NCBI GenBank assembly: GCA_963737265.1
Contig: CAVTRY010000007.1
Location: forward strand, 448,001 to 512,000
Reading direction: 5' to 3'
Origin: an uncultured delta proteobacterium
GTDB lineage: Bacteria; Myxococcota_A; Polyangia; Fen-1088
DNA length: 64,000 nucleotides
Shown here: piece after piece, positions 19,840-29,887 of the stretch
Numbering within the stretch: position 1 is the first letter of the stretch
Layout: the number at the start of each line of letters is the position of its first letter
Position numbers and translations under genes: made by a program
The notes under the pieces: model-generated
Told to the model about the DNA's origin: nothing
Database searches by the model: none
What the model saw: only the letters and a program-made list of their open reading frames with translations

Positions 19840-20337
19840 GTGCGGTACATGCTGCGGCAGCGGATGTTCTCGATCGGCGACGACTTCTGGATCACCGACG
19901 AACGGGGAGACCGCGCGTTCCTGGTCGACGGCAAGGCGCTGAGCATCCGCCAGACCCTGGAGATCAAGGACAGCTCGGGAGCCGTGGTCGCCAGCGTGCA
20001 CAAGAAGCTGATGGCGCTGCGGGACGCGCTGGAGATCGAGCGGGATGGCCAGGTCATCGCCACCGTGCGGCGGGAGATGTTCTCGCCGCTGCACCACAAT
20101 TCCGCCATCGACCTGGCCGACGGGCGCACATTGGCGGCGGTGGGGAACCTCACCGGGCGCGAGTTCGACATCAGGGACGGCGGTCACACGGTGGCCCGGG
20201 TGTCCCGGGCCTGGTTCACCATGCGCGACACCTACGGCGTGGACGTGGCGCCCGGCGGGGACGACGCGTTGCTGCTGGCCGCTGCCGTGTGCCTGGACCG
20301 GATCCACCACGAGGAGGACGAGCGGCACCCAGGCTGA
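19840..20337 (+). CDS. LURP-one-related/scramblase family protein
   Basis: RYMLRQRMFSIGDDFWI..VDGKAL..WFTMRDTYGVD. Confidence 0.85.
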   Translation: MRYMLRQRMFSIGDDFWITDERGDRAFLVDGKALSIRQTLEIKDSSGAVVASVHKKLMALRDALEIERDGQVIATVRREMFSPLHHNSAIDLADGRTLAAVGNLTGREFDIRDGGHTVARVSRAWFTMRDTYGVDVAPGGDDALLLAAAVCLDRIHHEEDERHPG

Positions 20338-20373
20338 CGCCGCGGGCTCCGGCCCGGCCCGGTGCCCAGCACG

Positions 20374-21429
20374 TCACGGCACCGGCTTGCCGCCCCGCCA
20401 CTTCGATGAGCCAGGACCGTAGGCGAGCACGATCCAGACCGGGCCGCGGGCGAACGTCATCGGCTTGCCCGAGGCCGTGGTGAACGTGGTGCCGCCGGTT
20501 GCGGCAGGGCGGGACCACCGCGCCTGGAAGGCCTGGCCGTTGCGCAGCACCGTTGCGCTGCCCGAACCGACGGTTTCCGCGTCCGGCGGCATCATCGGGC
20601 CCTGTTCGAGGAATCGGGACAGGCCCACGACAACACGCTGGATGACGACCGTGGGCGCGGAAAGCTGCCCGGCGCCGGTGCTGCTGGCCGGGGAGCCGTC
20701 CATCCAGATCAGCCAGCGGTCCCTGGCGGGTGACCACCGGAACCGGAACGATGCGGCCGGGTAGGACACCGACTCCGCCTTGCGGGGATGGCCGCCGGCC
20801 GGGGGCGGGCCGAACCGGAATCCGATGTTGCGGGCCAGGCTGGCGTGCGGCGCCTGTTTCAGCAGCGTCCGGGTGTCGGCGTAGAGGTTGTACGGCTCGA
20901 CCCGGTCGACGGTCCGGAAGTAGCCACTGGCGGTCGCCGCGTACAGGTCCACGATCCTGGAGTGCTCGACCACCGGCACGAGCTGGGGCTGCGCCCCGGA
21001 CCAGGCGAACGCCGGGCGGCCGAACTGGCGCAGCAGTTGCAGGTCGTCCTGCCGGGCGCTGCGAACCGGGCCGATCACCCGCGGGTAGTGCGACGAGAAG
21101 ACCGCCATGATCCGGCTCAGGCCGCCCTCGACGGGGATCAGGTACACGATGTCGGCCCTGGCCAGCCCGGTGGCCGGCCGCTCCGGGACGGTGTTCCCGA
21201 TCTTAACGATGAGCACCCGCTTGAGCTGGTGCGCCGGTTCACCGGTGAACGGGGACAGCAGCGGGCCCGGGGGCGGCGACGGCGTATGCACCGGGACCGG
21301 TTTCGGCGCCGACGCCAGCTTGCCTGCCGTGTCGTGGCGCATGGCGAAGGCGATGCCGCCCGCTGCCAGCGCCACCACGACGACAGCCGCCACCGCGGTG
21401 AGCGCAACGCTCCGCCGATCCCAGACCAT
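20374..21429 (-). CDS. DUF3048 domain-containing exported protein
   Basis: SPFTG, VKIGN, GLARADIVY..VEGGLSR, IGPVRSAR; N-terminal TM. Confidence 0.85.
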   Translation of the reverse strand: MVWDRRSVALTAVAAVVVVALAAGGIAFAMRHDTAGKLASAPKPVPVHTPSPPPGPLLSPFTGEPAHQLKRVLIVKIGNTVPERPATGLARADIVYLIPVEGGLSRIMAVFSSHYPRVIGPVRSARQDDLQLLRQFGRPAFAWSGAQPQLVPVVEHSRIVDLYAATASGYFRTVDRVEPYNLYADTRTLLKQAPHASLARNIGFRFGPPPAGGHPRKAESVSYPAASFRFRWSPARDRWLIWMDGSPASSTGAGQLSAPTVVIQRVVVGLSRFLEQGPMMPPDAETVGSGSATVLRNGQAFQARWSRPAATGGTTFTTASGKPMTFARGPVWIVLAYGPGSSKWRGGKPVP

Positions 21430-21502
21430 CTGTGCACCCCTCAGGGATTGTTCCCCAACGGCCCCATTTCATGATCGCGAGGATGGCCCGGGATGGTAAA
21501 GC

Positions 21503-24500
21503 TCAGCACACGCTGGGCACCGCCGGTCCAGGCGCGACGCCCAGCCTGGACCGGACCTCGTCGGCGCCGAGGTCGTGCAGGTCTTCCAGTATCGCCAGGG
21601 CCCGCCGCCACACGGCCTTGGCCATCGCCTTGTTCCCGACCGCGCTGTAGATGTCCCCGAGACGGGCCAGGACCCCGCCCTGCTCGGCCCGGTCCCTGAC
21701 CTCCCGCAGCAGCTTCAGCGCACGGCGGTAGCAGGCGATGGCCTCGGCGTCGTCGCCGACCAGGTGCATGGCGTAGCCCAGATGATCCCAGGCATGGGCC
21801 TCACCGACCAGGTTGCCGACCTCGCGGTGCAGGTCCAGCGCCCGGCGGCAGTGGGCGGCCGCCGCCTGGCCGGAACCGAGCATCGCAAGGTGCCAGCCCA
21901 GGTTCTCCAGCGCATGCGCCTCGCCCGCCCGGTACCCGAGGTCCTGGTAGAGGCTGAGCGCCCGCTCCGCCTGCCGCCGTGCCTTGTCGTGGCGGCCCTG
22001 CCGGTCGAACAGCACCCCGACGGTGAGGTGGTTGCGCGCCTGCCAGGCGGTCGCACCGGCCTCGCCGAACAGCGAACTGGCCCGGAGCAGGTGCGAGCGC
22101 GCGGTGCCGTAACAGCCCACCCGCAGGTTGGCGACGCCGAGGCTAGCGTGGGCATGCGCCTGGCCCAGCCCATCGTCGGCCCGCTCGGCGGCGGCCAGTG
22201 CCGCCCGCCCGAGGGCGGCCAGGTCGTGCCAGTGACCCTCCCGGTTGAGGTAGTCGGTCAGCAAGGCGGGCAACTGCCAGGCGCACGCGTCGTCGCCGGC
22301 GGCCGCAGCGGCGTCGGCGACCGCGAGCAGCACCTGGTGTTCCGCGCTGAACCAGCTCAGCGCCTCGGCGTAGCTAGCGAACTTCTCCGGCACCGCGCCT
22401 GGCTGCGCGGCGCCCAGGGTGACCGCCGGGCGGGCCGGGCAGAGCCGGCGCCCGGCGGCCGCGGCGGTATGCAGATAGTGGTCGCCGAGCCGGCGCCTTG
22501 CCAGCTCGCGCCCGGCCTTGTCCTCGCCCTCGGCGGCCAGTTCGGCGGCGTAGGCGCGAAGCAGGTCGTGGCCGGTGAACCTGCCGGGCACGTGCTCGGT
22601 CAGCAGGTGCGCGTCGGTCAGCTCGGCCAGTGCCCGGCGTGTCTGCGTGCGGCCGGTGCCGCCCAGGCTCGCCGCCGCGGCAACGGTGATGTCCGGGCCG
22701 GGATGCAGGCCGAGCAGCCGGAACATCCGTGCCGCTGGCAGGCTGAGCTGCCGGTAGGACCAGGAGAACACCTCGCGCACGCTGCTGGTGGTGTCCGCGG
22801 TCTCCAGCGCGTCCAGGCGCCCGTCCCCGCCGCCAAGCTCCGCGGACAGAGCGGCCAGCCGGAAACCGGGGCGGGCGGCGGCACGGGCGGCGGCGATCGC
22901 CAGGCCGAGCGGCAGGCCCGCGCACAGCCTGGCGAGGTCCGCCACCGCCTCGGGCTCTGCCTGGGCCCTGGCGGCACCGAGCCGGCGGACGATCAGCTCG
23001 CGGGATTCCGCCTCGGACATCACGTCCAGGGTGAGGATCCGCGCGCCGACCGTGGCGACCAGGCCGTCGAGGCGGGCCCGGCTGGTGATCAGCACGGCAC
23101 ACCGGCCGCTGCCGGGCAGCAGCGGCCGGACCTGGTCGGCGTCCCTGGCGTTGTCCAGCACGACCAGCACCCGCTTGCCGGCCAGGACGCTGCGGTACAG
23201 CGCCGCTTGCGCGTCGGGCGATTCCGGGATCTCAGCAGATGGCACGCCCAGAGCCTGCAGGAAGCCGCGGATCGCCTGCTCTGGCAGGACGGGCCGGGCG
23301 GCCGGGCCGAAGCCCTTGAGGTTGACGTAGAGCTGCCCGTCGGGGAAGTGCCCGGCAGCGCGGTGCGCCCAGACGGTCGCCAGTACGCTCTTCCCGACCC
23401 CGGGTGACCCGACGACCGCCCGGACCTGTGCCTCGCCGCCGGGCCCGGCGGTCTGGCCGGTCAGCTCGTCGAGCCTGGCCAGTTCGGCGGCCCGGTCGAT
23501 GAACTGCGCAGGTGTCGCGGGAAGCTGGCGGGGCACCAGCCACGGCCGCACCGGCAGCAGCGGGAAGGTGCCCGTGTGCTCCTGCCCGTCGGCCGGCCGG
23601 GGCTGGCCGTCAGCCGGCCGGGGCTGGCCGTTGGCCGGCCCGGGCCGCTGGCCGTTCCCCGGCCCGGCCTGGTGACGGTTCGCCGGCACGGGTGCACCGC
23701 CGTCGGCCGCGGCGGCCTGGTGGCCGCCCACCGCGGCGTACGCCCGGCTGCTGGCCGGTGCGGGCTGCTGGCCGCCGGGTGGTGCGGGCTGCTGGCCGCC
23801 CGCCTGCCCGGCACCGGGGAGCGGCCCGGCCAGGCCGACGTCACCGGCGAGGATGCGCTGATGCAGGAGCTGGAGCTCGGCCCCGGGCTCGACGCCCAGT
23901 TCGGCCACGAGACGGCCGCGGATCTGCCGGAACACGGCGAGCGCCTCGGCGCGCTGGCCCGACCGGTACCAGGTAGCCATCAGCATCCCGGCCAGGCGTT
24001 CGTTCAGCGGGTGGCGGGCCAGCGCCGCGGGCAGCTCAGCGGCCGCCTCCCGTTCCCGGCCGCAGCCGAGCATGCAGGCCAGGCGGTCCTGCAGCATGGA
24101 GAGGCGTTCCTCGGCGAGCCCGTGCCGGATCGCCGTGACCCGCTCGGTGTCCGGTGCGTCGGCCAGCGCCGGGCCGTTCCAGAGCGCCAGCGCGGCATCG
24201 AAGAGCGGGATGGCCGCGGCCCCGTCCGCCGCACGGGCTGCGCGGCCCAGCGACCGGGAACGCTCCGCGTCGACCAGGTCCTGGTCGAATTCGAGCAGGT
24301 ACCCGTCTCCGCAGCGGGTCAGCGAAGCACCGGGAAGCGGCTTGAGCAGCTGCCGCAGCCGGGTCATCAGGGCCTGCAGGCTGGCCCGCGCCGACCGGGG
24401 CGGCTCGGCCTCCCAGATGGCGTCAATCAGTTCGGCGACCGGCACGACCTGACCGATCCGCAGCGCCATCAGGCCCAGGACAAGGCGCAGTTGCGGGCTC

Positions 24501-24592
24501 GCTGGCACCTGCCAGCTGTCAGCGGCCCGGAGCCTTACCGGCCCGAGCACCCGCACCACGATGTCGCGCCCCACAAGCCGCCTCCACGGCAC
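21503..24592 (-). CDS. AfsR/SARP family regulator (wHTH-BTAD-NB-ARC-TPR)
   Basis: VRVLGPV, ALWNGPAL, HPLNERL, ELGVEPG, GSPGVGKS, VLDNARD, CAGLPL, TPR repeats. Confidence 0.93.
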   Translation of the reverse strand: MPWRRLVGRDIVVRVLGPVRLRAADSWQVPASPQLRLVLGLMALRIGQVVPVAELIDAIWEAEPPRSARASLQALMTRLRQLLKPLPGASLTRCGDGYLLEFDQDLVDAERSRSLGRAARAADGAAAIPLFDAALALWNGPALADAPDTERVTAIRHGLAEERLSMLQDRLACMLGCGREREAAAELPAALARHPLNERLAGMLMATWYRSGQRAEALAVFRQIRGRLVAELGVEPGAELQLLHQRILAGDVGLAGPLPGAGQAGGQQPAPPGGQQPAPASSRAYAAVGGHQAAAADGGAPVPANRHQAGPGNGQRPGPANGQPRPADGQPRPADGQEHTGTFPLLPVRPWLVPRQLPATPAQFIDRAAELARLDELTGQTAGPGGEAQVRAVVGSPGVGKSVLATVWAHRAAGHFPDGQLYVNLKGFGPAARPVLPEQAIRGFLQALGVPSAEIPESPDAQAALYRSVLAGKRVLVVLDNARDADQVRPLLPGSGRCAVLITSRARLDGLVATVGARILTLDVMSEAESRELIVRRLGAARAQAEPEAVADLARLCAGLPLGLAIAAARAAARPGFRLAALSAELGGGDGRLDALETADTTSSVREVFSWSYRQLSLPAARMFRLLGLHPGPDITVAAAASLGGTGRTQTRRALAELTDAHLLTEHVPGRFTGHDLLRAYAAELAAEGEDKAGRELARRRLGDHYLHTAAAAGRRLCPARPAVTLGAAQPGAVPEKFASYAEALSWFSAEHQVLLAVADAAAAAGDDACAWQLPALLTDYLNREGHWHDLAALGRAALAAAERADDGLGQAHAHASLGVANLRVGCYGTARSHLLRASSLFGEAGATAWQARNHLTVGVLFDRQGRHDKARRQAERALSLYQDLGYRAGEAHALENLGWHLAMLGSGQAAAAHCRRALDLHREVGNLVGEAHAWDHLGYAMHLVGDDAEAIACYRRALKLLREVRDRAEQGGVLARLGDIYSAVGNKAMAKAVWRRALAILEDLHDLGADEVRSRLGVAPGPAVPSVC

Positions 24593-24802
24593 GCCGCTCG
24601 CGTGTCAAGGTCATCTCATTCCCGATGCTAGGCGGTAGCTTTCCGGCATTTCATAACAAAAGCGACACCACCGGGCGAGCCGGCCTCTAACCGAAAGTCA
24701 CTCGTCACGCTCCTGTGACATGCCAGCGCCAAGCGCGGCATCATGCCAGCGCCAAGCGCCCGCCAAGCGGGCCGCAAGGGCGGGCAGGCAGATTGGCCAG
24801 CT

Positions 24803-26707
24803 ATGAGACGACCCCACGGTGCTAGCCCTGACCCCGCCGCCCCGCCCAACCCGAGCCGGGCCGGGCGCCCGCGGCTGGGCCGCTACCTGTCGGCAACCGC
24901 CGCGGTCGCAGCATTGGCCATCGCCGCGGCCGGTTGCAGCAGTGGCACCAGCAGCAACACGGGCGCCCCCGGCGCGAAGGTTAAGGGCGGCACGGCCGTC
25001 TATGCGCTGCCCCCGTCGACCACGCCGAACTACATCTTCCCGTTCACCAGCTCCGCCTACATCAGCGTGGTCAACGCCGCGTATTTCACCAACCTGATGT
25101 ACCGGCCGCTGTACTGGTTCGGCAACGGGTCGCAGCCGCTGATGAACCCCTCCCTCAGCCTGGCGAACGCGCCGACGTGGTCGGGGAACACCGCGACGAT
25201 CACACTCAAGCACTACGTGTGGTCCGACGGCACCCCGGTCACCACGACCGACGTGATGCTCTGGCTGAACATGCTCAAGGCCGTCGGCCCCACCGACTGG
25301 GGCGCCTACACGGGGTTCCCGAACTCGTTCGTGAAGACCATCAAGGTGGTCAGCCCGACCGAGATCCAGCTGACCACGAACAAGGCGTACTCGCACAACT
25401 GGTTCCTGTACAACGACCTGTCCCAGATCACCCCGATGCCGCCGGCCTGGGACAAGACCGCGTCCGGCACGTCGGACTGCGCGACCAAGGTCGCCGACTG
25501 CGCCGCGGTGTACAAGTACCTCGACAGCCAGTCCAAGGCGCTGACCAGCTACGTGGGCTCGCCGCTGTGGTCGGTTGTGGACGGCCCGTGGAAGCTGTCG
25601 GCATTCAACGCCGACGGCCATGTATCGATGGTCCCCAACCCGAAGTACTCGGGCCCGGTGAAGCCCTCACTGAGCCAGTTCCAGCTCGTGCCCTTCACGA
25701 CCGATGCGGCGGAGTACAACGTGCTGCGGTCGCCCGCGGCTGGCGGGCAGAAGATCGACGTGGGCTACCTGCCGTCGCAGGACGCCCCGGCCAAGCCGGC
25801 CGGGTCCAGCCCGCTCACCGCCGGGCAGAACCCGCTGCAGGGTTACACGCTGTCGCCGCTGTACCCCTGGGGCATCAACTACTTCGTGGTGAACTTCCAG
25901 AGCAGCACCGGCAACGGCCCGATCATCAACCAGCTGTACTTCCGCCAGGCCCTGGCCTACCTGCTCAACCAGGAATCCGTCATCAAGGGCCCGCTGCGCG
26001 GTTACGGCACGCTGACCCAGGGCCCGGTGGGCAACACCCCGGTGACCCACTACCTGTCGCCGCAGCAAAAGGGCGGCCCGATCTTCCCCTACAGCCCGGA
26101 CAAGGCCAAGAGCCTGCTGTCCAGCCACGGCTGGAAGGTCACCCCCAACGGCGTGACCACCTGCACCAACCCGAGCCTGTGCGGCCCGGGCATCAAGCAG
26201 GGCCAGGGCCTGCAGTTCAGCCTGCCCTATGCCTCGGGTACCCAGTGGGAAGCCCAGGAGATGCAGCAGCTGCAGTCCAACGCCTCCCTGGTCGGCATCA
26301 AGATCAACCTGGAGCCCAGGCCGTTCAACCAGGTCACTGCCCTGGCCGCCGGCAACTGCAAGGTTGCCAAGATCCCGTGCAACTGGGACCTGGCCAACTG
26401 GGGCGGCGGCTGGTCGTTCGCTCCCGACTACGCACCGACCGGCGAGACGCTGTTCACCTGCGGCGCCATCGCCAACTCCGGCGGGTACTGCAGCAAGACC
26501 AACGACAACTACATCAACCAGACGCTGACCAGCGACAACCCGCAGGCCATGTACACCTGGCAGAACTACCTGGCGCAGCAGCTCCCGGTGATATTCCAGC
26601 CGAACGGCGTGTACTCGCTGACCGAAGTCGCCAGCAACCTCAAGGGTGCCCTGCCGCAGAGCCCGACGCTCGGCATCAACCCGGAAAACTGGTACTTCAC
26701 GAAGTAA
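24803..26707 (+). CDS. ABC transporter substrate-binding lipoprotein, family 5 (peptide/nickel type)
   Basis: Lipobox AAAGC, WSDGTPVTTTDV, VVDGPWKL, FRQALAY; start approximate. Confidence 0.88.
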   Translation: MRRPHGASPDPAAPPNPSRAGRPRLGRYLSATAAVAALAIAAAGCSSGTSSNTGAPGAKVKGGTAVYALPPSTTPNYIFPFTSSAYISVVNAAYFTNLMYRPLYWFGNGSQPLMNPSLSLANAPTWSGNTATITLKHYVWSDGTPVTTTDVMLWLNMLKAVGPTDWGAYTGFPNSFVKTIKVVSPTEIQLTTNKAYSHNWFLYNDLSQITPMPPAWDKTASGTSDCATKVADCAAVYKYLDSQSKALTSYVGSPLWSVVDGPWKLSAFNADGHVSMVPNPKYSGPVKPSLSQFQLVPFTTDAAEYNVLRSPAAGGQKIDVGYLPSQDAPAKPAGSSPLTAGQNPLQGYTLSPLYPWGINYFVVNFQSSTGNGPIINQLYFRQALAYLLNQESVIKGPLRGYGTLTQGPVGNTPVTHYLSPQQKGGPIFPYSPDKAKSLLSSHGWKVTPNGVTTCTNPSLCGPGIKQGQGLQFSLPYASGTQWEAQEMQQLQSNASLVGIKINLEPRPFNQVTALAAGNCKVAKIPCNWDLANWGGGWSFAPDYAPTGETLFTCGAIANSGGYCSKTNDNYINQTLTSDNPQAMYTWQNYLAQQLPVIFQPNGVYSLTEVASNLKGALPQSPTLGINPENWYFTK

Positions 26708-27027
26708 CCCAAGGCCAGGATCGGCGCGGACAGCGTGCCTGATCCGGAGGTCCCGGCGGTCTGTGTCGCGGCGGCCGCCGGGGCCTGGGCACGCGGCCGC
26801 CGGGGCCTGGCACGCGCCAGCGTGCCGCCCCGGCGGCCATTTTCCATGTCTCCGGCAGCGCCCTGTCACGATCGGGGCGCTCATCTCGTCCTTGGCGGTG
26901 TCCGTGGGCCATACCGTGTCGCCACCCGGCCCCGAGCGTCGCCGCGGCGTTGGGCCGTGGCACGCTGAGACTCAGACGGCCACCGGGCGCGCCCCGCGCC
27001 CGGCCGGCCCGCGATCATGGAGGCACC

Positions 27028-27729
27028 ATGGACCCGATGCCGGAGGACTGGGACCGCGCCGTGGCGGTTGTCGCGCATCCGGACGACCTGGAGTACGGGA
27101 CCGCCGCGGCGGTCGCCCGCTGGACCAGGCAGGGGCGCCACGTGGCCTACGTGCTGGCCACCGCGGGCGAGGCCGGCATCGAGGGGATGGCCCCGGACGT
27201 GGTCGGGCCGCTGCGCCAGGAAGAGGAGCGCCGCAGCGCGGCCGTGGTCGGCGTGTCCGCCGTGGATTTCCTCGGTCACGCCGACGGGCTGGTGGAGTAC
27301 GGGGTGCCGTTGCGCCGTGACATCGCGACGGCAATCCGGCGGCACCGGCCCGATGTGGTGATCACCATGAGTTTCGACCTCACCTGGGGCGACGAGGGGC
27401 CGGTGAACCACGCCGACCACCGGGCCGTCGGCCTCGCCACGCTGGACGCCGTCCGGGACGCGGACAACTCATGGCTGTTCCCCGACGCGGGGCCGGCCTG
27501 GCATGGGGTCAAGTCGATCTACGTGGCGGCCACCGCCAGCCCCACGCACTTCGTGGACGTCACCGACACCATGGACGCGGGCGTGGCGTCGCTGCGCGAG
27601 CACAAGGCCTACCTCGACGGCCTCGGCGGCGACTTCGACCCGGACGACTTCCTGCGGAAGATGGCGGGTTTCGTCGGCCTGGCCGCGGGCTGCGAGTACG
27701 CCGTGGGCCTGCGCCGTTACCCGGGCTGA
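27028..27729 (+). CDS. PIG-L family deacetylase
   Basis: VVAHPDDLE, TAGEAG, NHADH; GGAGG RBS. Confidence 0.9.
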   Translation: MDPMPEDWDRAVAVVAHPDDLEYGTAAAVARWTRQGRHVAYVLATAGEAGIEGMAPDVVGPLRQEEERRSAAVVGVSAVDFLGHADGLVEYGVPLRRDIATAIRRHRPDVVITMSFDLTWGDEGPVNHADHRAVGLATLDAVRDADNSWLFPDAGPAWHGVKSIYVAATASPTHFVDVTDTMDAGVASLREHKAYLDGLGGDFDPDDFLRKMAGFVGLAAGCEYAVGLRRYPG

Positions 27730-27757
27730 ACCCAGCCAGCCGTTCCAGGCGGCCGCG

Positions 27758-29236
27758 TCAGGCGACCGGCCAGGTGTGCGCGGGCTCGCCGGTCTGCATC
27801 AGCTTGAGGTACCGCTGGGTCATCTCGCGGAGCGCGGTCTCGCGGTCGAGCCCACTGCGCTCCTCCAGGGCGTGCACCGTCTCCGTCTGCCAGGTCGCCC
27901 CGGTGCGGCCGGACAGGCAGCGTTGTTCGATGACCCCGAGCAGGCGCTCGGCTTCCCCGGAGTCGACACCTCGCTGGCACAAGCCCTCAAAGGACAGCGT
28001 GAGCAGCCTGCGCAGGGTCAGTTCGGCGGCCGGAACCTCGCCGAGGCCGGGCCAGTACAGCCGGGCCTCGATCCCGTTCTTGGCCGCCTCCATCAGGTTG
28101 TCGTGCGCGGCGGCGAAGGACATCCGGGTCCAGATCGGGCGCTCCGCCTCCGCGAGCATGTGGACAAGGCCGTAGTAGAAGGCCGCATTGGCCATGACGT
28201 CGGTGACGGTGGGCCCGGCGGGCAGTACCCGGTTCTCCACCCGCAGATGCGGCTCCCCGCCGGCCACCGCGTAGACGGGCCGGTTCCACCGGTAGACGGT
28301 GCCGTTGTGCAGCGTCAGCTCGGCAAGCTCCGGTATGCCCCCGCCGTCCAGTTCGGCCACCGGGTCCTCGTCCTCGCACAGTGGCAACAGCGCGGGGAAG
28401 TACCGCAGGTTCTCCTCGAACAGGTCGAACACCGAGGTGATCCACCGCTCGCCGAACCACACCCGGGGCCGGACCCCCTGCACCTGCAGCTCCTGCGGGC
28501 GGGTGTCGGTGGCCTGCGCGAACAGCGGGATCCTGGTCTCCTGCCAGAGTTCCCGGCCGAACAGGTAGGGCGAGTTCGCGGCGAGCGCGACCTGCACCCC
28601 GGCCACCGCCTGCGCGGCGTTCCAATAGCTGCCGAACAGTTCCGGGCTGACCTGGAGATGACACTGCACGCTGGTACAGGCGGCCTCGGCCATGATGCTC
28701 GCCGTATGCCTGAGCAGCCGCTCCGGGCCCTCGATGCAGATCTCCATCTCCTCGCCGCGGGCCGCGCAGATCTGCTCGTTGAGCAACTGGTACCGGGGAT
28801 TGGGCGACATGGCCGTCTCGGTGGTGTGCTGCTCACGCAGGCTGGGCAGGATGCCGATCATGGCCAGCCGGACACCTGCCTGGCGCGCCCGCAGGTCAGC
28901 CCAGCTGTACTTGTCCGTCATCAGGCGCTCCATCGCGGCCAGCGCGTCCCCGGCCAGCAGCCGTGGCGCCATGTTGACCTCGATGTTGAAGCGGCCGAGT
29001 TCCGGGCTCCAGTCCGGGTCGTCGATCGCGGCGAGCACCTCGGCGTTCCGCATCGCCGGCGAGCCCGCCTCGTCGACCAGGTTGAACTCGACCTCCAGCC
29101 CCACCTGCTCGGGGCCGTCGGTGAACCGTGACTCCCGCAGCATGCGGGCAAGCACATCCAGGCAACTGCGGACCTTCTCGCGGTACCGGCGCCGGTCGGC
29201 CTGACTGACAACGATTGCGGGAACGTCCCTGCCCAT
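27758..29236 (-). CDS. Glutamate--cysteine ligase family (GCS2-like) protein
   Basis: GLEVEFNL, EAACTSVQCHLQV, ANSPYLFG, WNRPVY, HLRVENRVLPAGPT. Confidence 0.85.
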   Translation of the reverse strand: MGRDVPAIVVSQADRRRYREKVRSCLDVLARMLRESRFTDGPEQVGLEVEFNLVDEAGSPAMRNAEVLAAIDDPDWSPELGRFNIEVNMAPRLLAGDALAAMERLMTDKYSWADLRARQAGVRLAMIGILPSLREQHTTETAMSPNPRYQLLNEQICAARGEEMEICIEGPERLLRHTASIMAEAACTSVQCHLQVSPELFGSYWNAAQAVAGVQVALAANSPYLFGRELWQETRIPLFAQATDTRPQELQVQGVRPRVWFGERWITSVFDLFEENLRYFPALLPLCEDEDPVAELDGGGIPELAELTLHNGTVYRWNRPVYAVAGGEPHLRVENRVLPAGPTVTDVMANAAFYYGLVHMLAEAERPIWTRMSFAAAHDNLMEAAKNGIEARLYWPGLGEVPAAELTLRRLLTLSFEGLCQRGVDSGEAERLLGVIEQRCLSGRTGATWQTETVHALEERSGLDRETALREMTQRYLKLMQTGEPAHTWPVA

Positions 29237-29410
29237 CCGGCCCTCCACCTCCTGACACTGGGGCTGGCCTCTCCAACAGACTGACATGCGCTACTCGTAA
29301 TGAATAGACAGGACATTTCCTGCATAACGGAAAGATGCTGCTAGCTGGGACCGCGAAGAGAGGGTTTACCGGGCGGTCCAGCCGCTGGCGGGGTAGGTCA
29401 TGATGGCCTG

Positions 29411-29887
29411 GTGGACATCTCAGTGGACGCAGTGGTGAGTTACGTTGACCGTGCGGTGGACCAGATGACGGGAATTGTCACCGGGCTCGGCGATGATCTG
29501 GCTAACCGCAAGCCCGCGCTCCCGGGAGCGAATTCGCCCTATGTGATCTTGCGGCATTGCCTTGGCGTCATGGAATTCTGGGGCGGAGAAGTAGTCGCGG
29601 GACGCGAGGTAATTCGAGACCGGCCCGCCGAGTTTCGCGCTCACGGCCCGGTGGGCGACCTGGCCGCCGCTGCGCGGAAGGCGCTGGGCCAGTTCCGCGC
29701 CGACGCGGCCACGGCCGACTTCGCCGGGCCGCCCCGCGGCGGGGCCGGGCATCAGAAGTACCCAGGCGAACTGGAATTCAGCTCGCAGGGGCACGCGCTG
29801 CTGCACGTGCTCGAGGAGGTCACCCAGCACCTGGGGCAGATGGAGCTGACCCGCGACGTGCTGTGCGCCGCCGGTAACCCCGGCTAG
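29411..29887 (+). CDS. DinB/DUF664 family protein
   Basis: ANSPYVILRHC, LLHVLEEVTQHLGQ metal-binding His pattern. Confidence 0.8.
   Translation: MDISVDAVVSYVDRAVDQMTGIVTGLGDDLANRKPALPGANSPYVILRHCLGVMEFWGGEVVAGREVIRDRPAEFRAHGPVGDLAAAARKALGQFRADAATADFAGPPRGGAGHQKYPGELEFSSQGHALLHVLEEVTQHLGQMELTRDVLCAAGNPG

Noticed and set aside
24704-24719. BldD or CRP box
   Set aside because: The GTCAC-N6-GTGAC spacer is one base longer than the BldD consensus I recall and has the reverse arm order of CRP sites
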